A stretch of DNA of 16,490 nt from an uncultured Pseudomonadota bacterium. GTDB lineage: Bacteria > Oederibacteriota > Muellerivitia > Muellerivitales > Muellerivitaceae. The stretch lies in contig CAWJKT010000012.1 in assembly GCA_963843375.1 (NCBI GenBank), positions 1 to 16,490 on the forward strand. The letters run 5' to 3'. Of the stretch, positions 8,351 to 15,692 are shown one piece after another (the stretch's first letter is position 1; the number at the start of each line of letters is the position of its first letter). The translations under genes and the position numbers were made by a program. The notes under the pieces are model-generated. The model did no database searches. It was not told the DNA's origin and saw nothing but the letters and a program-made list of their open reading frames with translations.

Positions 8351-8417
8351 TTTTGGGTTTGGTGACATTCCGTTGGGAAGCCATAATAAGAATATTCCCC
8401 GGGAGGTCTTTGGCGCG

Positions 8418-9851
8418 ATGGGTTCAAAACGTTTCAAACTAATCTTCGTCCTTTTACTCCTAACGGCACCTTCCATTCTCCGGGCACAGGCCAATGGTGA
8501 TGGCCTCAAGGGCACCTATTTCATTAACACCAACCTCACCAGCCCGGCCGTGACCGTTGTAGATCCCTTAGTCAGCTATCGATGGTTCGGCTGTCCTCCT
8601 CAGCCGGGAATGTCGGGGACCTCCTTTTCGGTTCAATGGCTGGGTCAGGTGGATTCTTCCTATAGTGAACCCTATACCTTCACGGTTGACGTTAACGGCG
8701 GCGTGAGCGTGATCGTCAACGGCCAAGTCCTTATCAGCCAATGGACCGATTTTCCCCCGCCCGTCCGCGGCTTTTCGGGGGTGATCAGCCTGACGGCTGG
8801 CCTCAAGGTTCCCATTGAAGTGGACTATTTTACCAACGGCGCCAATCCCACTTCCGACCTGATTCAACTGGCTTGGCAAAGCCCTTCCCAAGGATATGAA
8901 TATGTTCCAAGGGAGTATCTCTTTTCGGGGGCGGCGCTGAACCCCACCCCCACGCCCCAAACGACCATGGCCTGCCAGTCGAGCGTTAGCGTGGACGGGG
9001 TCCTGAGCGAATGGGCCTGGACCACGCCTACGGGCTGGAACACCGTTTCCCGGCCTGTGCTGGGCAACGTCTACGGGACCACGGCGGTCTTCAAAACACT
9101 GTGGGACACATCCAACCTCTATCTCGGTGTGACAGTCACTGACAGCCAGCTCACCAACAACGGTGTCTCGGCCGTATGGGAAAACTCGGCGGTGGAGCTT
9201 TACCTGGACACCACCGACTCCAAGAGCATCACGGTCGTCAGCACCGATTTCCAATACTTCTTCGGGTGGAACGACACGGTGGCCGTCGAGGCCCTAGGAA
9301 GGACCGCTGGAGTGAGCCTGCGCACAACGACCATTTCCACCGGCTATGTTGTGGAAGCCTCCATCCCCTGGACAACCTTGGGCTTAGGGAGTCCGAGCCC
9401 CGGGATGGTGTTGGGCTTGGACGTAGGCGTGGACGTGAATCATAACGGGGGCAATTGCCGGGATGGTCAGTTAATGTGGAACGGCGGGTCGGACGATTAC
9501 GCGAACGCCAGCGATTACGGCCAACTGACCCTGACAAGCGCTTGTCCCACCCCCGTCGCAACACCGCCCGCCCCGACGAGCCTGCCTTATGTTTATCCCA
9601 ATCCCACCAGCGGTCCGGTGGTGACTTTCGTTTACACCATGGCCCAGGCGGGAACGGTTTCCATCAAGGTTTGGAACGCCTGGGGAAACCTGGCCGCCAC
9701 AATCAATGATTCCAAATCACCCGGATTGGCTTCCAGTACTTTGGACATCAGCTCTTTCGCTCCCGGTCATTATTTTTATCGAATTGAGCTCGACTATGAT
9801 TCGGGACAAAAAGACGAGTTTAAAACTCAGGTCCTGGCTATCAAGAAATGA
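8418..9851 (+). CDS. Secreted non-catalytic PA14 + CBM9-like (DOMON sugar-binding) protein with T9SS type-A-like CTD
   Basis: GGAGG SD, ATG 8418 and signal peptide. PA14 (GLKGTYF...FSVQWLG...YTF...W...SPSQ). CBM9-like (VDGVLSEW, WDTSNLYLGVTVTD, VELYLD, GYVVEASIPW). CTD (YPNP...IKVWNAWGNL...PGHYFYRI...LAIKK). Confidence 0.88.
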   Translation: MGSKRFKLIFVLLLLTAPSILRAQANGDGLKGTYFINTNLTSPAVTVVDPLVSYRWFGCPPQPGMSGTSFSVQWLGQVDSSYSEPYTFTVDVNGGVSVIVNGQVLISQWTDFPPPVRGFSGVISLTAGLKVPIEVDYFTNGANPTSDLIQLAWQSPSQGYEYVPREYLFSGAALNPTPTPQTTMACQSSVSVDGVLSEWAWTTPTGWNTVSRPVLGNVYGTTAVFKTLWDTSNLYLGVTVTDSQLTNNGVSAVWENSAVELYLDTTDSKSITVVSTDFQYFFGWNDTVAVEALGRTAGVSLRTTTISTGYVVEASIPWTTLGLGSPSPGMVLGLDVGVDVNHNGGNCRDGQLMWNGGSDDYANASDYGQLTLTSACPTPVATPPAPTSLPYVYPNPTSGPVVTFVYTMAQAGTVSIKVWNAWGNLAATINDSKSPGLASSTLDISSFAPGHYFYRIELDYDSGQKDEFKTQVLAIKK

Positions 9852-11191
9852 AAAGACGAGAATTTTTACCACGAGGTTTTTCAAAATCCATTCAACCTTT
9901 CAAGTCGAAAGCCTTTCTGGGGGCTCTGGGTTCCTTCTTGGTTCAGCTTTTGTTTCCGGCTCATTCTTTTTCCCAAAATGTTTCTTCGACCGCTGGCCTC
10001 GTCACACCCTTGAGCGCATTGGGGGCCTCCGCGCGAGCGGACGCGATGGGGTCGGCCTTCGCGGGCATTGCTGACGATTCCGCGGCGCTCTTCTTCAACA
10101 GCGCGGGGCTTTCGGGCCTGGGGGACGCCCAGATCAGTCTCAACCACAACAGCTACCTGGCTGGTTCTTTCGAGGAAACCCTGCTGGTGGGGCTTCCGGC
10201 GGGGGATTTGGGCGGTTTCGCGGGTGCAGTTCAAAGTGTCTTTTGGGGAAGCCTTGATGAAAGGGACGCTTCGGGCGTCGACTTGGGAACATTCCAGGAC
10301 AACGACGTGGCCTTGAGTTTCGGGTGGGGCAAGGAATGGGCAAAGGGATTTTCCGCTGGCGTGGCCCTCTACGGGACCCAGCAAAAAATCGTGGAGTCGC
10401 TATACGACAGCCTCTCGGGACAAGCCGGTTTGCTATGGAAGGCTTCCCCCGGACTGCGGTTTGGTCTGGCCTATGCGGGGTTCGGAACCCCGGTAGCTGG
10501 TCAAGCTTTGGCGACGGACTTGAAAGGAGGAACTTCTTATTTCTTTCATCTCAGCGCGGACAAAAGTCTCTTGTTGGCCTTTACAGGCGATGCCGAACCT
10601 AATAGTGTCAGTCGCCTCCAGGGGGGGATTGAGGCGGGATACCGAAAGAATATATTCCTGAGGATGGGTTACCAGCTTCCGTTATCCAACAACCAGGTTA
10701 CCGGTTTTGATAATTTTACAGCCGGCGTGGGCATCCATTTTGATTCCATTACCCTGGATTACGCCTATGTTCCTTATGGTGATTTGGGAACTTCTAACCG
10801 AATCAGCCTGGCTTATGATTTTTCAAATCCTACCCCCGTTCCGGTCAAGCCGGTGACGGTTGTTGTGACGCCGGTTCCGATTCCCATTCCAACTGTCACA
10901 CCCGTCCCCGCAAAACCATCAGTAGCGGTCCATTTCGAGGTTCCCCTCAGCGTCGCCACGCCCGAAACCAACCCGGAGATTTTGGCCCAACTGCAACAAT
11001 ACCAAAAGGCTACAGAAGCCAATCCCCAAGATCCCGCCGCCTGGCATCGTTTGGGGCTGGCTTATTGGAAAACGGGACAGAAGGATTTGGCGGTCCAATG
11101 CCTCGAACAAGCCTTGAGGCTCGATCCTTCGGATACCCAACTGAAGGCCTGGATTGATCTGTACAATTCCAGCCAGCCTGCGAACCGTTAA
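9848..11191 (+). CDS. PorV/PorQ-like (FadL-superfamily) outer-membrane beta-barrel with Pro-rich linker and C-terminal TPR
   Basis: ATGA overlap with the upstream gene. ARADAMGSAFAGIADDSAALFFNSAGL N-terminal motif. Amphipathic strands ending DYAYVPYGDLG..NRISLAYDF. TPR PQDPAAWHRLGLAYWKTGQKDLAVQCLEQALRLDP. Confidence 0.85.
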   Translation: MKRREFLPRGFSKSIQPFKSKAFLGALGSFLVQLLFPAHSFSQNVSSTAGLVTPLSALGASARADAMGSAFAGIADDSAALFFNSAGLSGLGDAQISLNHNSYLAGSFEETLLVGLPAGDLGGFAGAVQSVFWGSLDERDASGVDLGTFQDNDVALSFGWGKEWAKGFSAGVALYGTQQKIVESLYDSLSGQAGLLWKASPGLRFGLAYAGFGTPVAGQALATDLKGGTSYFFHLSADKSLLLAFTGDAEPNSVSRLQGGIEAGYRKNIFLRMGYQLPLSNNQVTGFDNFTAGVGIHFDSITLDYAYVPYGDLGTSNRISLAYDFSNPTPVPVKPVTVVVTPVPIPIPTVTPVPAKPSVAVHFEVPLSVATPETNPEILAQLQQYQKATEANPQDPAAWHRLGLAYWKTGQKDLAVQCLEQALRLDPSDTQLKAWIDLYNSSQPANR

Positions 11192-11378
11192 AAAGTTTTA
11201 ACGTTTCTAATTATGGTTTTTTCAATGAGTTTTGCTTCGTTGACAATTTTTATTTTTTTTTTGGAATAAATCTCCCCATCCAAACACCTATCCGTTGTAC
11301 AGGCTTGTCCACTTGCCAATTGGACGGGTCCTGTCGGGGACATTAAAAGCCCTTTTTAAAAATTGATGGCGGAGATCC

Positions 11379-11567
11379 ATGCAAGGTTCTAAATCCCGTT
11401 TAAAACGTTACATCTTTTTCCTTTTTGCCTTCCTGATGTTTTCCCCGAGTTTCTCCTGGGCCCAAACCTCCATCTATCAAAATCTCAACCTCCCAGGGTT
11501 TCGTCCCGATTTCGATATTGGTGTGTTGGGCAATGATTTCTATTTTCCTGTCGCCGGGAAAGTTTAG
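11379..11567 (+). CDS. Small signal-peptide-bearing ORF (62 aa); secreted peptide or gene remnant
   Basis: GGAG SD. KSRLKRYIFFLFAFLMFSPSFSWA/Q is a classic SPase I signal, leaving a mature part of about 34 aa. Confidence 0.5.
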   Translation: MQGSKSRLKRYIFFLFAFLMFSPSFSWAQTSIYQNLNLPGFRPDFDIGVLGNDFYFPVAGKV

Positions 11568-11600
11568 ATTTTTGAAATAGAAAAAGAGAAAGGCTAAGGA

Positions 11601-11657
11601 TGCTGTGGCGGGGAAGGAAGACAAAGGGCTTTGTCTGGGCACCTTCCCCCCACGGCA
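11601..11657. repeat. Long imperfect inverted repeat (about 23-bp stem)
   Basis: TGCTGTGG/CCACGGCA, GGGGAAGG/CCTTCCCC and AGACAAA/TTTGTCT nest around a 4-nt loop. Confidence 0.75.
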
Positions 11658-11809
11658 CTTTAAAAAGAGTCTGCATTTAAATTAGGGGGATGACTAAGAG
11701 TATTGTTTGGGAACCCTTCCAACTGCGGTCACCTTTTGCCCCATTGGTTTGTGAATAGCAACAGGACTTTGGTTGCACCCAAGGTCCCAAAAAATTGGAG
11801 GTGGCTCAG

Positions 11810-14800
11810 ATGACCCTGAAAAAATTGAAGGCTTTAACCCTGATCCTCGGTTTTGGTTGCTTCGTCTCATCCGCTTGGGGCCAAACGGTCACCGTTAATC
11901 CCGGTACCACCTATCAAACGATCTCGGGTTTCGGTGCTTCCAGTCAATGGGACAATTCATTCTCGTCCTCTCTCGCTAACAATTTTTGGGCTGACGATTC
12001 CAATCAGCCCCCCGCCAGCCAGGTCAACGGCAATGTCGGGCTTTCCATTCTCCGACTCGGGATTGACGACTCCGGTAACGCCAATTGGGGCTCGCAATGC
12101 GCATTCGCCACCCAGGCCCTGGGGATCAATTCTAACATCCGGGTCTTCGGCTCCGAGTGGAGCCCGCCGGCGAAATGGAAGAACAACAACAGCGTCGATG
12201 GCAACAACACCGGCAACGATAACGGCAATCCGGGCTCCAACACCAACCAACTCAACCCCTCGAACTATGCGGCCTATGCCGCCTACCAGACGAGCTTTGT
12301 CACGGCTTGCAAGAATACCTATGGGTTCACGCCTTACGCCATCTCTGTCCAGAATGAGCCGGATTACGATCCCAGTTACGATGCCTGTCTTTGGTCACCT
12401 TCGGCATTCGACACCTATATCGGGACCTATCTGGGCCCGGACCTTGAGGCCGCTGGCTTCGGCACCTCGATCATCATGATGCCCGAGTCCTTCGCGGACA
12501 ATTTGAACCTTTCCGCCACCACCATGGGCGACCCGACCGCGGCGGCTTTCGTGAGGTGCATCGGCATGCATTTGTACGGTGGCGGCCCTAACACGGTTCC
12601 GACCAGCTACTCGACTACGGCCGGCCACACCGTTGAGAGCTGGGAAACTGAAATCTCGGAAAAAACAAGCGACAACAACATCGACAGCGGGATCTACTAC
12701 GCCGATTTGCTGCACAACTGCATTGTGGATCATAACTTCAACGCCTTTTGCTACTGGTGGCTGGTTAACATTAACTCTGACGACGAGGGGCTTTGTACAA
12801 GCGCAGGCACTCCTACTCCTCGCCTCTACTGTATTGGTAATTTCAGCAAATTCATTCGCCCGGGTTTCGTGCGCATCGGCTGTACCGAATCGCCCTCCGC
12901 CGGGGTTTCGGTATCGGCTTATTACGGCTCATCCACGGGTAAGGTCGTGGTTGTGGCCATTAACAGCAATACTTCCAGCTACAGCCTACCTGTCAGTTAT
13001 ACCGGCTTTACCGCCACCACGGTTTATCCCTGGCTCACGGACTCCAGTAGCAATCTAGTCCAGCAGACGGCAGTGAATGTCAGCAACGGAAGCTTTACCT
13101 ATACCCTGCCGGGCCAAAGCGTTGTGAGTTTCGTTACCACCATGAACAGTGGATCACCCGTGCCAACCGTTACACCTACCCTGAGTCCCACACCGGTCGT
13201 TGCCTCCACCTGGAGGGTCAATGCGGGCGGGCCCACCTATGTCAGCGCCTCCTCGGGGTTCACCTGGCTGGCGGATGAGAATTACAACGGCGGATCCACC
13301 ATCGCCGAGGGAACCACCATTGCCGGTACCAACGACCCCACCCTTTATGATACCCAGCGTTACGGATCGAGCTTTAGCTATTCCTTCAACGTGCCTGCCG
13401 GCAGCTACCAGATCTCCTTGTTGTTTGCCGAGACCTATTCGGGTGATTTCGCCAAGGGTGACCGTGTTTTCAACGTAGCCATTGACGGGACCACGGTGCT
13501 GTCGAACTTTGATGTTTACGGCCAAGTGGGCGGAAACACTGCGGATGTACAGGTGTTCAACAACATTTCGCCCTCAAGCGGCGTCATCACCATTTCATTT
13601 ACCGGTACCTCCAGCACGGATACCAACGCGATGGTGGACGCCATCCAAATCATTCCCATGCCTGCCGTAACGGCGACGGCCACCAGTACGGTGACGCGGA
13701 CCAATACTTTGACGGCCACCAGCACGGCTTCTTCCACCCCCACTTCCACCGCGACGGCCAGCCCGACCCGTACTTCAACCGTCACCCCATCTAACACGCC
13801 GATACCCCCGACTTTAACAACCACTTCGACGGCCACCTCTACACCGACCAAGACCAATAGTCCTGTGCCGCCTACGGCCACGAATACAACCACGGCGACT
13901 TGGACCAGCACTCCGGTTCCCCCGACACCCACCAATACACCCTTGCCGCCGACAGCAACGAATACTAATAATCCGGTGCCTCCGACGGCGACCAATACTC
14001 CGGTTCCGCCCACCCCGACCAGCACGAGTACGCCGGTGCCTCCTACCCCCACCAGCACCAACAGCCCGGTGCCACCAACACTGACCAATACTCCGCTACT
14101 TCCGACCGCAACCAATACTCCGGCTCCACCCACCGCGACCGGCACGAGTACGCCAGTGCCTCCCACGGCCACTAGCACCAACAGTCCCGTACCGCCAACG
14201 GTAACCAATACCTTGACGGCTACGCTATCAAGTACTTCTACCAACACGCGGGTGCCGCCAACGATGACGCCAACACCGGTTCCTCCGACCGCAACGAGGA
14301 CGAACACGCCCATTCCGCCAACCTCTACTCCTACGCCGGTTCCACCGACGGAAACCTTTACGCTGACGCCTCTTGCGCCTACTTCCACTCCTACGGAAGT
14401 CATCTCAAGTTCGAACTTCACAGTTCAACTGCTGAGCGGCGTGACCAGCGACACGACCAACAGTCCCCATCCCTTTATCCAAGTGGTGAATACGGGAACG
14501 GGGCCCCTGGATCTGAACAACGTGGAAGTGCGCTACTGGTTCAATTGCGATTGCACGACCCAATCCCTGCAGGTTTGGGTGGACTGGGCGGGATTACTTC
14601 CCGCCGGAACCTCTGTTACGGGAGACATCGCAGCGACAATCGTTCCCACCAGTTTAGGCGGCCAGACGGATTACGTGAGCTACAAGTTCAACGGGAACTT
14701 GGTGCTGCAACCCGGGCAAATGATCCAAATCCAAAGCCGCTTCAATAAGAGCGACTGGAGCAACATGAACCAGGCCAACGATTGGAGTTTTGCGCCCTAT

Positions 14801-15250
14801 ACGAGTTATACCAATGCGCCTCAGGTGACGGGATATCTGGGTGGAACGCTGGTTTGGGGCGAACAGCCGGTGGCAGCCCCGGCAGCGCTTTCGGTCGCCA
14901 ACGTCTTATCCTTCCCGAATCCCTCCACCGGGACTGGAGCGACCCTCTCCTTTAGCTTGAACGGTTCGAGTTCGGGCGCGAGCGGGTCGGTTTTGAGTGA
15001 AAGCGACCCGGCGTTGGTGGACCCCAACGCCCAGATCAACCTGAGCATCTATAGCCTGGCTTTTCGATTGATCTGGACCCAGACATTGACCGGGGGAGGA
15101 TACGGGACCACGGGGAACCATGATTACTACTGGAACGAACGGGACTTTCAGGGCGCCGGTTTAGCCAACGGTGTTTACGTTTTGAAGGTTACCGTGGAGT
15201 CCAAAGGCCAGAAAAGCTCGGCCATAGGGAAGATTTTGATCTTGAAGTAA
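11810..15250 (+). CDS. Modular glycoside hydrolase: signal, GH30 (xylanase-like), malectin/CBM57, Pro/Thr linker, CBM3, T9SS type-A-like CTD
   Basis: GGAGGT SD and ATG 11810. GH30: QTISGFGAS, WSPP, VQNEPD (acid/base Glu 12356-12358), WETE (nucleophile Glu 12650-12652), FSKFIRPG. Malectin about 13211-13657 (RVNAGG, LFAE, RVFNV). CBM3 about 14413-14869 (NTG..LDL..VRYWF, DWSNMNQANDWSF, LVWGEQP). CTD FPNP...NGVY...GKILILK. Confidence 0.93.
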   Translation: MTLKKLKALTLILGFGCFVSSAWGQTVTVNPGTTYQTISGFGASSQWDNSFSSSLANNFWADDSNQPPASQVNGNVGLSILRLGIDDSGNANWGSQCAFATQALGINSNIRVFGSEWSPPAKWKNNNSVDGNNTGNDNGNPGSNTNQLNPSNYAAYAAYQTSFVTACKNTYGFTPYAISVQNEPDYDPSYDACLWSPSAFDTYIGTYLGPDLEAAGFGTSIIMMPESFADNLNLSATTMGDPTAAAFVRCIGMHLYGGGPNTVPTSYSTTAGHTVESWETEISEKTSDNNIDSGIYYADLLHNCIVDHNFNAFCYWWLVNINSDDEGLCTSAGTPTPRLYCIGNFSKFIRPGFVRIGCTESPSAGVSVSAYYGSSTGKVVVVAINSNTSSYSLPVSYTGFTATTVYPWLTDSSSNLVQQTAVNVSNGSFTYTLPGQSVVSFVTTMNSGSPVPTVTPTLSPTPVVASTWRVNAGGPTYVSASSGFTWLADENYNGGSTIAEGTTIAGTNDPTLYDTQRYGSSFSYSFNVPAGSYQISLLFAETYSGDFAKGDRVFNVAIDGTTVLSNFDVYGQVGGNTADVQVFNNISPSSGVITISFTGTSSTDTNAMVDAIQIIPMPAVTATATSTVTRTNTLTATSTASSTPTSTATASPTRTSTVTPSNTPIPPTLTTTSTATSTPTKTNSPVPPTATNTTTATWTSTPVPPTPTNTPLPPTATNTNNPVPPTATNTPVPPTPTSTSTPVPPTPTSTNSPVPPTLTNTPLLPTATNTPAPPTATGTSTPVPPTATSTNSPVPPTVTNTLTATLSSTSTNTRVPPTMTPTPVPPTATRTNTPIPPTSTPTPVPPTETFTLTPLAPTSTPTEVISSSNFTVQLLSGVTSDTTNSPHPFIQVVNTGTGPLDLNNVEVRYWFNCDCTTQSLQVWVDWAGLLPAGTSVTGDIAATIVPTSLGGQTDYVSYKFNGNLVLQPGQMIQIQSRFNKSDWSNMNQANDWSFAPYTSYTNAPQVTGYLGGTLVWGEQPVAAPAALSVANVLSFPNPSTGTGATLSFSLNGSSSGASGSVLSESDPALVDPNAQINLSIYSLAFRLIWTQTLTGGGYGTTGNHDYYWNERDFQGAGLANGVYVLKVTVESKGQKSSAIGKILILK
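13661..14400 (+). repeat. Pro/Thr-rich linker with degenerate PVPPTxTxT(xT) units
   Basis: About 245 aa containing repeated 9-11 aa units (PVPPTATNT, PVPPTPTSTST) with varied synonymous codons. Confidence 0.9.
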
Positions 15251-15338
15251 AATTTAAGTAAATGGGATGGAGTACCATCTGAAATTCCAATGAATGAAAT
15301 TGCCGGGACTTAAATAAAAAAAGTTTTTGAAATCAGAC

Positions 15339-15367
15339 TTGACATTTATTTAAGATCTCGGTAATCT
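15339..15367 (+). promoter_or_regulatory. Sigma70 promoter TTGACA-17-TAATCT
   Basis: Perfect -35 at 15339-15344, 17-nt spacer, -10 at 15362-15367 and A-tract upstream. The TSS would fall just before aptamer 1. Confidence 0.8.
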
Positions 15368-15377
15368 TCAGGAATCA

Positions 15378-15445
15378 AACGCGGGCTTTAAGTTTCCAAC
15401 TTGCTCCGGCGTTGTTCGAAAGAACTAAACAGTGAGCTAAAGCGG
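15378..15445 (+). promoter_or_regulatory. SAM-II/SAM-V-like riboswitch aptamer, copy 1
   Basis: P1 AACGC/GCGUU, loop GGCUUU...CUUGCUC, GNRA hairpin GUUC-GAAA-GAAC and 3' GAGCUAAAG. This gives the UUU / UUGC / GCUAAA signature of SAM-II H-type pseudoknots. Confidence 0.7.
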
Positions 15446-15467
15446 TACAAGGTTAAGAGACTTCTCC

Positions 15468-15508
15468 AAACCCGATCCGCTCCAAAAGCGGACCGGGTTT
15501 TTTGTTTT
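15468..15508 (+). terminator. Intrinsic terminator (expression platform of aptamer 1)
   Basis: AAACCCG-a-TCCGCT ccaaa AGCGGA-c-CGGGTTT followed by TTTGTTTT. Confidence 0.88.
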
Positions 15509-15547
15509 AGGGCAAAAAAACCGTAAAACAATGGTTTTTATAACAGT

Positions 15548-15675
15548 ACGGTGTGGCTTTAATTGGCGAAAGGCTTGAACAAGGCTCTTTCGGCGATTCC
15601 CGAGAGGGAATCGACCAACTTGCCCCGACCGTTTTTTTCCCGTAAGGGGAAGGAAGAACTGGGGGCTAAAGCGGC
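15548..15675 (+). promoter_or_regulatory. SAM-II-like (long-loop) riboswitch aptamer, copy 2
   Basis: P1 ACGGU/ACCGU, GGCUUUAA, inserted hairpins, CCAACUUGCCCC, GUAA-capped hairpin and 3' GGGGCUAAAGCGG. Confidence 0.68.
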
Positions 15676-15692
15676 ACCTGATTTCCGTCTGG

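Noticed and set aside
8244..8417. Extended N-termini in the ORF track (8244; also 254, 2394, 2762, 4107, 11795)
   Set aside because: Downstream ATGs (8418, 293, 2478, 2789, 4233, 11810) have SD sites and give proper signal peptides or domain starts.
13800..14390. Periodic repeats as a CRISPR array
   Set aside because: Degenerate, in-frame coding repeats with no constant repeat-spacer structure and no cas genes.
13516..14421. 301-aa minus-strand Val/Gly-rich ORF
   Set aside because: Antisense shadow of the Pro/Thr linker (ACN/CCN codons read as GT/GG-rich codons).
15436..15450. T-box-like GCGGTAC / GCGGCACC
   Set aside because: A T-box needs UGGN to pair with tRNA NCCA, and no Stem I/specifier loop is present. 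The SAM-II signature fits better.
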